From positions 95,601-159,600 of the forward strand of contig CAVTAP010000012.1 of assembly GCA_963732695.1 (NCBI GenBank): a stretch of DNA of 64,000 nt, in the 5' to 3' direction. Of this stretch, positions 47,920-56,542 are shown one piece after another. The position numbers and the translations under genes were made by a program. A model generated the notes under the pieces. That model was not told where the DNA came from. It saw only the letters and a program-made list of their open reading frames with translations, and made no database searches. Each line of letters begins with the position of its first letter. Within the stretch, counting starts at the first letter, position 1. This DNA is from an uncultured Actinomycetota bacterium. GTDB lineage: Bacteria; Actinomycetota; Acidimicrobiia; Acidimicrobiales; SZUA-35.

Positions 47920-49653
47920 ATGACGACCGCGACGCCACCCAAGGGCTCGTCGACCTCCAAAGGCACCGGCTCCGGTAGCGGTGCCGGCAAGGGGGCCGGC
48001 ACCGGCACCGGCAACGGCACTGGCAAGGGCTCCACCCGGGACTGGTCGGCCACCGCCGGCTCGGGAAGCACCTCCGCCGGGGCGGCGGCCTCGGCCCGCC
48101 GCTCGGGCACCACCCGCACCAACGCCGGCCGGGCCGCCGCCGCCCGCACCGGGGGCAAGGTGAGCGCGGCGCGGGGCAAGGCCGGCACGGCCGCCGCCGT
48201 GGCCGCAGCCGCCGCCCGCGCCGCCGAGGGCTCCACCACCGGATCGGCCCGCACCGCGGCCGGCAAGGCGGGGACCGACCAGCGCTCGGGCTCGAACCGG
48301 CCCCAGCCGGCCTCGACGGCCCTGGTCGTGGCCGAGCGCCCCGGCCTGCCGGTGGTCTCGGGGGCTACCGGGTCGGGCAACGCCACCAGCACCACGTCCA
48401 CGTCAACCACGTCGTCCACCTCCCCCTCGTCGTCCACCACCACCGATCTCGACGGGGCCTCGGTGGAGACGATCACCGTGGGCGAGGCCCGGGCCCGCTC
48501 CCGGTTCCGCAGCCCCGACGGGCGCCGCCTGCTCGTCACCCCCCGGCTTCGCCCCGTGGACGGCGAGCCGGCCCGGCCCCCGGCCGACGACACCGACGCG
48601 GCGGGTGAGCCGTTCGTGGCCCCCACCAACCCGGTGTCCAAAGCCGTCACCCGGCGCCGCTGGGAGCGCAAGGGGTTCGTGCCCGTCACTCCGGGTCGGG
48701 TCAAGATGCGCCACCGGATCCTGCCCCGCAGCGTGATCGGGATCGCCACCATGCTGCTGTTCTTCGGGCTCGGCGTGGGGTTCAGCGGTGCCGCCTTCTA
48801 CGCCTACTACGACCAGCGGCTGGCCCAGAACGAGGAGACCGTGAGCCGCTTCGTCAACGGCTTCGACAAGCAGTTCACCGATGCCGTGGGCGCCGTCGAC
48901 GAGCTCCGGGTCCAGGCCGTGGACGACATCCGGGCCGAGATGGTGCCGATCGAGGGCATCGTGGCCGACGCCAACGGCGTGTCCACCCTGCCGGCCTCGG
49001 TGGGGCCGTCGGTGTGGCAGCTGGAGACGAAGGACGAGGCCGGCAACCTGCTCACCGGGGCCGCCTTCGCCGTGCTGCCCCACGACGGCGGCACCGCGTT
49101 CGTGACCAGCTACTCGCTCGTCGCGGCGTCGACCACCGAGCCGGCGCCGGCCATCGAGCTGGTCAAGCGCACCCAGAGGATCCCGGCCCAGCTGTGGGCC
49201 TGGGACCCCGACCGTGACCTGGCCCTGGTGGTGGTCAAGGAGGTCATCCCTCCCCTGTCGCTGGCCAGCGACGTGGACCAGGTGACCGCCGTGGGCGGCC
49301 GGGTGTTCGCCATGAGCGGGGTGGGCGGCCAGGGCTCCACCGCCTCGCCCGGCACCCTGCTCGACCACTCCCAGTCGGGCCTCCAGCACACGGCGGCGGT
49401 GGGCACCCTGTTCCAGGGCGGCCCCCTCGTCACCGGCGACGGCCGGGTGATCGGGATGGCGTCGCTCGGCTACCGACCCAACGGGATCGACCCCGGCGAC
49501 GTCCGCCAGGCCCCCGACGTGGCTGCCCTGTGCGCCAGGATCCTGCACTGCGCCAAGGCGGCCGAGGTCATGACGGTGGACCTGAACACCGAGGCCCCTG
49601 CCGCCGGTACGCCCACCAACCCCGGCACCGAATCCGCTCCCGCCGGCGACTAG
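47920..49653 (+). CDS. Membrane-anchored trypsin-like (S1C) protein lacking catalytic His/Ser, long disordered N-terminus
   Basis: TM helix, coiled coil, DLALV, GGPLV..GRVIG; TSYSLV replaces TNxHV and FQGG replaces NSGG. Confidence 0.75.
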   Translation: MTTATPPKGSSTSKGTGSGSGAGKGAGTGTGNGTGKGSTRDWSATAGSGSTSAGAAASARRSGTTRTNAGRAAAARTGGKVSAARGKAGTAAAVAAAAARAAEGSTTGSARTAAGKAGTDQRSGSNRPQPASTALVVAERPGLPVVSGATGSGNATSTTSTSTTSSTSPSSSTTTDLDGASVETITVGEARARSRFRSPDGRRLLVTPRLRPVDGEPARPPADDTDAAGEPFVAPTNPVSKAVTRRRWERKGFVPVTPGRVKMRHRILPRSVIGIATMLLFFGLGVGFSGAAFYAYYDQRLAQNEETVSRFVNGFDKQFTDAVGAVDELRVQAVDDIRAEMVPIEGIVADANGVSTLPASVGPSVWQLETKDEAGNLLTGAAFAVLPHDGGTAFVTSYSLVAASTTEPAPAIELVKRTQRIPAQLWAWDPDRDLALVVVKEVIPPLSLASDVDQVTAVGGRVFAMSGVGGQGSTASPGTLLDHSQSGLQHTAAVGTLFQGGPLVTGDGRVIGMASLGYRPNGIDPGDVRQAPDVAALCARILHCAKAAEVMTVDLNTEAPAAGTPTNPGTESAPAGD

Positions 49654-49661
49654 GGGCCGGT

Positions 49662-49711
49662 CCGAAATGAGGACCTGAGGTGCGCTGAGCGCACCTCAGG
49701 CTCCTCAGAAT
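49662..49711 (+). repeat. Solo hairpin of the CGAAAT-stem-GCGCTSAGCGC-stem-AGAA family
   Basis: ccgaaat gaggacctgaggt gcgctgagcgc acctcaggctcctc agaat; between convergent genes. Confidence 0.8.
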
Positions 49712-49720
49712 GGGGTCGGA

Positions 49721-50845
49721 CTACTTCGACAGGCCCATGAAGCGGCGGGCGTTGGTGTAGGTGACGTCGCCGAACAGCTCGGGCTGGGGGAGCTTGGCGA
49801 ACGTCTCCTCCAGCTCGCCCAGGGCGCCGGGGAACGTGCAGTCGTAGTGGGGGTAGTCGGAGCCCCACACCACCGTGTGGGCCAGGCCCATCTCGGCCAC
49901 CTGGGCGAACGCCTCGCCCTCGCCCGCCTCCATGGTGACGAAGCACTGCTGGGCGAAGATCTCCGTGGGGTCGCGCTTCAGACGGGGCACGAGGTGGCCC
50001 ATCGACTGCTTGTGGTCGTCGAGGCGCTCCAGCCAGAACGGCAGCCAGCCCAGGCCGCTCTCGAAGAACCCGACCCGGAGCCGGGGGTGGTCGTCGAGGA
50101 TGCCGCTGGCCACCACCTCCATCACCGAGGCCATCTGCTCGAACGGGTGGCACACCATGTGGACGTAGAACTGGTTGGTGTAGCGGGTGCGGGCGAAGCT
50201 CGTCATCTTGGAGCCGAAGCTGCCGTGGACGGCCACCGTGAGGTCGTGGTCTTCCGCTGCCGACCACACCCGATCCATCTCCGGTGAGTACAGCTCGAGG
50301 CCGTTGTAGCGCTCGGGGCGGAAGGTGAGGCCGGTGAAGCCGTGCTGGGCCAGGAAGGCGATCTCGGCCACGGCGGCGTCGACCGACTGCAGGGGGCAGA
50401 CCCCCATGCCGTACAGCCGCTCGGGGTTCACGGCGATGAAGTCGGCCATCCAGCGGTTGTAGGCCCGGGCGTTGGCGGCGGCCACGTCGGGCCGGGTGAT
50501 GTCGCCGGCCAGCAGGTCGAGCGAGGGGAACATGAGGGCGGCGTCGAGGCGCTCGGCATCCATCACCTCGAGCCGTTCGGCCGGGTCCCAGCTGCCGGGG
50601 AGGATGTCGTCCCAGGTGATGTCGGGGTTGGCGTAGGAGCCGGGGATGCAGGCCGGGGCGGCCGACGTGCCCGTTGCCTTGCCCTCCACGAACAGGTTGT
50701 CCCTCCCGGCATCGGTGAGGCCCGCCTGCAGGATCAGATCCCGGTACTCGGGGTCGCAGTACTCGGTCCACACCGACGTCGGCTCGCAGATGTGGGCGTC
50801 GGCGTCGTAGACCGGTGTCCGGTCCTCAGTCTTGATCGGTCCCAT
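49721..50845 (-). CDS. Amidohydrolase_2 family protein
   Basis: DADAH, AYNRW, VH, ESGLGW, GSDYPH. Confidence 0.92.
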   Translation of the reverse strand: MGPIKTEDRTPVYDADAHICEPTSVWTEYCDPEYRDLILQAGLTDAGRDNLFVEGKATGTSAAPACIPGSYANPDITWDDILPGSWDPAERLEVMDAERLDAALMFPSLDLLAGDITRPDVAAANARAYNRWMADFIAVNPERLYGMGVCPLQSVDAAVAEIAFLAQHGFTGLTFRPERYNGLELYSPEMDRVWSAAEDHDLTVAVHGSFGSKMTSFARTRYTNQFYVHMVCHPFEQMASVMEVVASGILDDHPRLRVGFFESGLGWLPFWLERLDDHKQSMGHLVPRLKRDPTEIFAQQCFVTMEAGEGEAFAQVAEMGLAHTVVWGSDYPHYDCTFPGALGELEETFAKLPQPELFGDVTYTNARRFMGLSK

Positions 50846-50910
50846 GCCAGAGTCTCGCGCCGGCGGGCCACCGGCCGCACACTGTCACAGGGGATGCTCA
50901 TACTTGGAAG

Positions 50911-51204
50911 ATGGTGAGGCGAAGGCGGGGTGCGATGGCGTCAGAGATGGAGGTTCGGGAGATGGGCCAGCCGGCGCTGACCGACCCGCAGATGTCGGCC
51001 GCCGTGCGCAAGCTCAACGCCGCGTTGGCCTGGCTCGACGGGAGCCGGCTCGACCGCCTGCGCGACGACGATCTACTGGCCCTGGCCGGAGCGTTGGCCG
51101 TGTCGGGTACCCATCTGGTGGGGGTGGTGGCCGAGCTGCGCGACGAGTTGGCCCGGCGGGGTGCGGCCTCCGTCGTTTCGAGCCGTGACGGGCCCCCACC
51201 CTAG
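50911..51204 (+). CDS. Small hypothetical helical protein
   Basis: CATACT 6 nt before ATG; fills gap between genes. Confidence 0.55.
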   Translation: MVRRRRGAMASEMEVREMGQPALTDPQMSAAVRKLNAALAWLDGSRLDRLRDDDLLALAGALAVSGTHLVGVVAELRDELARRGAASVVSSRDGPPP

Positions 51205-51215
51205 GATGGGCGGGC

Positions 51216-52364
51216 ATGACCGCGATGAGCATCGACGCCGACGAGGCGGCCCGGGCCGCCTACTACGCCGAGGGCGAGGCCCGGGCGCTGGCCCTGCCCA
51301 ACCGGGGTCCGATCCGCTTCACCGCCAGCGGCGAGGTCCATCCCGACATCCTCAGCGCCTACCGCACCTACGGCTTCTACGTCTTCACCGGCGTGGTCGG
51401 CCCCGAGGAGCTGGCCGAGCTGCGGGCCGAGGCCAGCGACGTGCTGGAGCGGGCGCCGTATCCCACCAAGGCGTCGCCGGTCGACCGGCACGGCCGGCCC
51501 GCCCTGGGGGCCGACTGGGAGCGCAGCCCGTGGCTGATGGCCCCGCCCCTGTCCGACCCGGTGGGCGGCACCAAGCTCAACCACGGCCGGCATCCGGTGA
51601 AGATGCACGAGCCAGCGGCGGCGGCCGACGCCCCGGCCGAGGTGCCGTACCTGATCCAGGCCGGGCTGGAGATGATGGAGACGTTCCTGCGGGTCTACGG
51701 CCACCCCGGCCTGCTCCGGGTGGCCGAGGCCGTCCATGGGCCCGACTTCACCCCGTTCACCGACGTGGTGTTCGTGAAGCTGCCGGGGCTCGGCCCGTCG
51801 GTGGCGTGGCACCAGGACGGCCAGCTCCTGTGGGACGACCCGAGCTGGGACGGCGACGCCCACGGGTTCAACTTCCAACTCCAGCTGTACGGGTCGAACC
51901 CGGCCAACGGGGTGTGGGTGGTACCGGGCAGCCACCGGGAGGGCAGGATCGACATCACGGCCCGGGTGGAGGCCAACGGGGGCTCCGAGCGCCTGCCCGA
52001 CGCCGTGCCGATCGTGGCCGCTGCGGGCGACGTGTCGATGACCAACCGCCAGAGCCTGCACGGCTCGTACGCCAACAACTCCGACAGCACCCGGATCACG
52101 GTGAACTTCGGGTTCCACCGCTACTCGTCGGTGGTGGGCCGCACCGGCGTGCTCAACGGGTCGGGCAACGCCTACACCCCGGAGTACATCGAGCGCCGGG
52201 CCCGCTGCATCCCGGTGGCCGTGGCCGCCCGGGCCCAGCGTTTCCCCCACGAAGACCGCTACGTGTACGCCCCCCTGGCCCACGATCCCGGCGTCAACCG
52301 CTACGACAGCGAGACCCGCCGCACCGTCATCGACGGCTGCCACCTCTACGACCTCGGCATCTGA
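51216..52364 (+). CDS. Phytanoyl-CoA dioxygenase (PhyH) family Fe/2OG oxygenase
   Basis: WHQD, NG.WVVPGSH, LHGS..N..R. Confidence 0.9.
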   Translation: MTAMSIDADEAARAAYYAEGEARALALPNRGPIRFTASGEVHPDILSAYRTYGFYVFTGVVGPEELAELRAEASDVLERAPYPTKASPVDRHGRPALGADWERSPWLMAPPLSDPVGGTKLNHGRHPVKMHEPAAAADAPAEVPYLIQAGLEMMETFLRVYGHPGLLRVAEAVHGPDFTPFTDVVFVKLPGLGPSVAWHQDGQLLWDDPSWDGDAHGFNFQLQLYGSNPANGVWVVPGSHREGRIDITARVEANGGSERLPDAVPIVAAAGDVSMTNRQSLHGSYANNSDSTRITVNFGFHRYSSVVGRTGVLNGSGNAYTPEYIERRARCIPVAVAARAQRFPHEDRYVYAPLAHDPGVNRYDSETRRTVIDGCHLYDLGI

Positions 52365-52379
52365 CCGGCCGGGAGCCGG

Positions 52380-53003
52380 TCACGGCTGCATCCTCGGATC
52401 GCTCGTGGGATCGGCGTAGGGGGCCGGACAACCGTGATCGGTGGCGTCGGGGCGCAGCTCGTAGTGCCAGGGCTCGTTGTCGTAGGTCGGGCAGAGCCCG
52501 TACCGGCCGCCGTGCTCGGCCAGCCACGCCCGGGCACCGGCCGGCCCGACATCGACCGCCTTCCCCGCCACGTGAGCCGACCGGTCGGGGGCGGCCACCC
52601 ACCGTGCCGCTTCGTCCCGCCCGCCATGGTCGGCGATCGCCTCGTCGAGCAGCTCGGCCTGATAGGCGGCTGATCGCCAGCCACTGTTGACGACGATCTC
52701 GATCCCGTCGCCGGCCGCATCGTCGGCGGCGGCCCACAGGGCGGCGAGGAGCGCCGGATCGAGCTTGGCCACCCCGGTGACGTCGGTGTCGAACACCGTC
52801 GTGCCGTCGGGAACAGCGCCATCGGCTTCGAGGGGCGTGGCGTGGGGGTCGGTGGCGAACGACGACGTGGCGGGTGGCGCCGCCTCGTGCCACCAGAACA
52901 CGACGGGGAAGCCGACGATCGCCAGGACGGCGCCGAGGAGCGCAACGAGATGGCTCTGGCGGCTGCGCCGAGCTGGTCTTCGTACCGGCTGATGGAGGAG
53001 CAC
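52380..53003 (-). CDS. vanY: M15B D-Ala-D-Ala carboxypeptidase, actinobacterial VanY-type
   Basis: TM anchor; SGWRS..YQ, SAHVAGKAVD, NEPWH; divergent from vanR/vanS. Confidence 0.85.
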   Translation of the reverse strand: MLLHQPVRRPARRSRQSHLVALLGAVLAIVGFPVVFWWHEAAPPATSSFATDPHATPLEADGAVPDGTTVFDTDVTGVAKLDPALLAALWAAADDAAGDGIEIVVNSGWRSAAYQAELLDEAIADHGGRDEAARWVAAPDRSAHVAGKAVDVGPAGARAWLAEHGGRYGLCPTYDNEPWHYELRPDATDHGCPAPYADPTSDPRMQP

Positions 53004-53036
53004 ACCGTCATTGAGAACGGCGGAGTGTTGCCGGCA

Positions 53037-53083
53037 CGTACGTGGTTTTCGATACGCCGACGATACGGGGCAGCCGTTACCCT
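53037..53083. promoter_or_regulatory. Candidate VanR direct-repeat site and -10 element
   Basis: CGATACG at 53050-53056 and 53061-53067 (11-bp period); TACCCT 53078-53083 before GTG 53093. Confidence 0.6.
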
Positions 53084-53092
53084 CGCGGAAGT

Positions 53093-53785
53093 GTGCGTGT
53101 GCTGATCGTCGAAGACGAGCCCTGGATGGCGGAAGCCATCCGCGATGGCCTCCGGCTGGATGCCATCGCGGCCGACATCGCCGGCGACGGTGACAGCGCC
53201 CTCGATCTGCTCAGCGTCAACACCTATGACATCGCCGTGCTCGACCGCGACATCCCCGGGCCCTCGGGCGACGAGATCGCCCGCCGCATCGTGGCCTCCG
53301 GCAGCGGCATGCCGATCCTGATGCTCACCGCCGCCGACCGCCTCGACGACAAGGCCGCCGGGTTCGGGCTCGGCGCCGACGACTACCTCACCAAGCCGTT
53401 CGAGCTGCGGGAGCTCGTGCTCCGCCTCCGGGCGCTCGACCGCAGGCGCTCCCGCCACCGGCCTCCGGTGCGGGAGATCGCCGGTCTGCGCCTGGATCCG
53501 TTCCGCCGGGAGGTCTACCGCCAGGGGCGCTACATCGCACTCACCCGGAAGCAGTTCGCCGTGCTCGAGGTGCTCGTCGATGCCGAAGGGGGTGCCGTCA
53601 GCGCCGAACAGCTGCTGGAACGGGCGTGGGACGAGAACGCCGACCCGTTCACCAATGCCGTGCGCATCACCATCTCGGCGCTGCGCAAACGCCTCGGTGA
53701 GCCGTGGATCATCGCCACCGTGCCCGGGGTCGGCTACCGCATCGACACAAGGCCGGGCCCCGGCGAGGAGGCGGCCGGTGGATAG
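53093..53785 (+). CDS. vanR: OmpR-family response regulator, actinobacterial VanR-type
   Basis: RVLIVEDE..AEAIRDGLRL.AIAADIAGDG..LDRDIPGPSGDEIA..AWDENADPFTNAVR, recalled as matching Streptomyces VanR. Confidence 0.85.
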   Translation: MRVLIVEDEPWMAEAIRDGLRLDAIAADIAGDGDSALDLLSVNTYDIAVLDRDIPGPSGDEIARRIVASGSGMPILMLTAADRLDDKAAGFGLGADDYLTKPFELRELVLRLRALDRRRSRHRPPVREIAGLRLDPFRREVYRQGRYIALTRKQFAVLEVLVDAEGGAVSAEQLLERAWDENADPFTNAVRITISALRKRLGEPWIIATVPGVGYRIDTRPGPGEEAAGG

Positions 53786-54857
53786 AGCCGCCGGGTTGAG
53801 CGTTCGCCTCAAGCTCACGGTCAGCTACGCCGGGTTCGTCATGCTCGCCGGCGCGGTGCTCGTCGGCGTCGGGTACTTCTCGCTCTCACGGGGCGTGCAC
53901 CCGGGTGTGGTGTTCTTCGTGCAGAGCCACGACGCCCTCGTGCGCAGCTTCGCTCCGATCGCCGCCGTGGTGATGGGGTTCCTGCTGGTATTCGGGCTGC
54001 TGGGCGGATGGCTGCTGGCCGGCCGGATGCTCCGGCCCCTGACCCGGATCACCGATGCCACGCGGATGGCGGCGACCGGCTCCCTCTCGCACCGGATCCG
54101 CCTTCCCGGTCGCCGGGATGAGATCCGGGAGCTCGCCGACGACTTCGACACCATGTTGGCCCGGCTCGAAGCACACGTGCTCGAGCAGCGTCGCTTCGCC
54201 GCCAACGCCTCCCATGAGCTGCGCACACCGCTGTCGATCACCCGGACCCTGCTCGAGGTGGCGCGCAAGGATCCGAGCGGCGACACCGGCGAGCTCGTCG
54301 ACCGCCTCCACGCCGTCAACGCACGGGCCATCGAGCTGACAGAGGCGCTGCTCCTCCTCAGCCGGGCCGACCAGCGCTCGTTCACCCGGGAGGTCGTTGA
54401 TCTGTCGCTCGTCGCCGAGGAGGCGGCGGAATCGCTGCTGCCGCTGGCCGAAGAGCGCGGGGTCTCGATCGAGACCACGGGCGACGTCACCCCCACGCTC
54501 GGCTCGCCTGCGCTCCTTCTCCAGCTGACCACGAACCTCGTCCACAACGCCATCGTCCACAATCTCGCCGACGGTGGGTTGGTGCGGGTCACGACCGGCG
54601 TCGGCCCGGGCGGCGCGGCGCTCACGGTCGAGAACACCGGTGAGATGCTCACGCCGGCGTTGACCGCCACGCTCGTCGAACCGTTCCAACGGGGCGCCGA
54701 ACGCATCCGCGGCGCCCATGCCGGTGTGGGGCTCGGCCTCGCCATCGTCAACAGCATCGTCCGGGCCCACAACGGAGCACTCAGGATCACACCGTGCCCT
54801 GCCGGCGGGTTGCGGGTCGCCGTATTGCTGCCGGCCGTGGCGGCACCGTTCGAGTAG
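53778..54857 (+). CDS. vanS: Sensor histidine kinase, actinobacterial VanS-type
   Basis: GLSVRLKLT.SYAGF, short extracellular loop, HAMP, ANASHELRTP, NLVHNAIVHN, GLGLAIV. Confidence 0.85.
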   Translation: MDRAAGLSVRLKLTVSYAGFVMLAGAVLVGVGYFSLSRGVHPGVVFFVQSHDALVRSFAPIAAVVMGFLLVFGLLGGWLLAGRMLRPLTRITDATRMAATGSLSHRIRLPGRRDEIRELADDFDTMLARLEAHVLEQRRFAANASHELRTPLSITRTLLEVARKDPSGDTGELVDRLHAVNARAIELTEALLLLSRADQRSFTREVVDLSLVAEEAAESLLPLAEERGVSIETTGDVTPTLGSPALLLQLTTNLVHNAIVHNLADGGLVRVTTGVGPGGAALTVENTGEMLTPALTATLVEPFQRGAERIRGAHAGVGLGLAIVNSIVRAHNGALRITPCPAGGLRVAVLLPAVAAPFE

Positions 54858-54890
54858 CGCTCGGGGGCGGCGAGGGGCAGGCTGTCGGCT

Positions 54891-55391
54891 GTGCCTGACG
54901 CTCCGATCAATCCTGAGCTGCCCGACCTGGCCGAACGCCTGGCGTTCCTGTTCCCCGAAGCGGACCTTTCGGCCGTCGACCTCACCGATCCCGACGCCCT
55001 GGCTGACCTCGACGACGAGCACACCCGCCTCGGGTTCATCGAGGCCGAGCATCCCCGCACCGGTGACCTGGCCGAGGACGAGCGGTTCCGTCTCCACACC
55101 AGCCTCCACCTCATCGTGGCCAACCAGGTGCTGACCGACGACCCGGCGGAGGCCTGGCCCACCCTGCAGCGGATCATGGCCAAGGGCTACACCCGCCACG
55201 AGGCCCTCCACATGGTGGCCACGGGCATGTCCAACGCCCTGTTCCACGCCATGCAGGGCCGGCCTCAGCCCCCCGAGGTCTACCTCGACTACCTGGCCGG
55301 CCTGCCCGAGCACGCCACCCGCCCCCGGCCCCGGCCCACGTCCCGCACGGGGGGCGCCCCGTCACGCCCTGGCAAACGCCGTCGCCGCTGA
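54891..55391 (+). CDS. Hypothetical protein, DUF1841-like
   Basis: H..LHLIVANQ...DP...RHEALH. Confidence 0.65.
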   Translation: MPDAPINPELPDLAERLAFLFPEADLSAVDLTDPDALADLDDEHTRLGFIEAEHPRTGDLAEDERFRLHTSLHLIVANQVLTDDPAEAWPTLQRIMAKGYTRHEALHMVATGMSNALFHAMQGRPQPPEVYLDYLAGLPEHATRPRPRPTSRTGGAPSRPGKRRRR

Positions 55392-55410
55392 ATCCACCCC
55401 GGACCGGGGG

Positions 55411-55611
55411 TCAGGGTTGGGCGGGGTCGGCGGCGTCGTCGACCATGTGGGCGCCGGTGCGGTCCCGGGGCGGCTCCTTGCCGTCGCTCAGGGGCACGGC
55501 GCGGGGCTTGAACGGGCGCTGGGGGAAGTTCAGCCGGTCCACCAGCACGGCCAGCACCGAGAGCACGAGTGCCCCGATGACCAGGCCGAACAGGCCGGCC
55601 ACCCCGGCCAT
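55411..55611 (-). CDS. Small membrane protein (66 aa)
   Basis: TGATG coupling with upstream LLM gene; N-terminal TM helix. Confidence 0.6.
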   Translation of the reverse strand: MAGVAGLFGLVIGALVLSVLAVLVDRLNFPQRPFKPRAVPLSDGKEPPRDRTGAHMVDDAADPAQP

Positions 55612-56486
55612 CAGAGCAGCGCCCCGGCCAGCTCGGACCACCCCGCCCGGGGCAGGGCGGCGTCGGCCGTGAGCACCTGGATGCACACGTGGTCGGCGCC
55701 GGCGTCGTGGTGGGCCTTGACCCGGGCCAGCACGTCGTCGAGCGTGCCCCAGGCCACGATGGCGTCGACCACGTTGTCGGCGGCGCCGGTGATGTCGGCC
55801 TCGCCGTAGCCCATGCGGATCAGGTTGTTGGCGTAGTTCGGCAGCCCGAGGTAGATCCCCATGTGCCGACGGGCGATCTCCCGGGCCTGGGCCGGATCGG
55901 TCTCCAGCACCACCATCTGCTCCACCGCCAGCAGCTTGCCGGCCCCGATCGCCTCCCGGGCGATCACCGTGTGCTCCGGGGGCACGAAGTACGGGTGGGC
56001 GCCGTCGGCCAGCTCGGCCGACAGCTCGAGCATCTTGGGCCCGAGGGCGGCGATCACCCGGCTCGGCGGCTCGGCCGGCTGCACCCCGGCGAAGCGCGCC
56101 TTGTCCATCGCTTCCAGGTACTCCCGCATCCGCGTGAGCGGCTTGGCGTAGGAGTGCTTGCGCACCCACTCGGTGAGCGTGTGATGGCTCACCCCCAACC
56201 CGAGCAGGAACCGCCCGTCGTAGGCCTCGTTGAGCGTGCGGGTGACGTTGGCGGTGGTCAGGGCGTCCCGGGCCCAGATCGAGGCGATGCCGGTGGCCAC
56301 CTTCATCCGGGGCGCCGCCTCCAGGATCATGGCCGCCGCCACGAACGGGTCCCGCCCCACGGTCTCGGGGATCCACAGGGTGGGCCAACCGGCCTGGTCG
56401 AGCTCGGCCGCCACCTCCCGGACCGCTCCCGCCGGATGCCCGTCGAGGGCGCCGGTCCAGATCCCAACCCGTCCGATGTCGATCAT
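55611..56486 (-). CDS. F420-dependent LLM oxidoreductase (TIGR03620-like), paralog of 24822-25706
   Basis: Same motifs; TAGCGT 6 nt before ATG. Confidence 0.9.
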   Translation of the reverse strand: MIDIGRVGIWTGALDGHPAGAVREVAAELDQAGWPTLWIPETVGRDPFVAAAMILEAAPRMKVATGIASIWARDALTTANVTRTLNEAYDGRFLLGLGVSHHTLTEWVRKHSYAKPLTRMREYLEAMDKARFAGVQPAEPPSRVIAALGPKMLELSAELADGAHPYFVPPEHTVIAREAIGAGKLLAVEQMVVLETDPAQAREIARRHMGIYLGLPNYANNLIRMGYGEADITGAADNVVDAIVAWGTLDDVLARVKAHHDAGADHVCIQVLTADAALPRAGWSELAGALL

Positions 56487-56542
56487 CCGCTCACGCTACC
56501 CGGCCGCCCTGCCCGTGCCCTGCGCCGGGACGGGGCGAGCTC

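Noticed and set aside
52380-54857. Full VanA/VanB-type high-level resistance cluster
   Set aside because: vanH, vanA/B and vanX are absent from the window.
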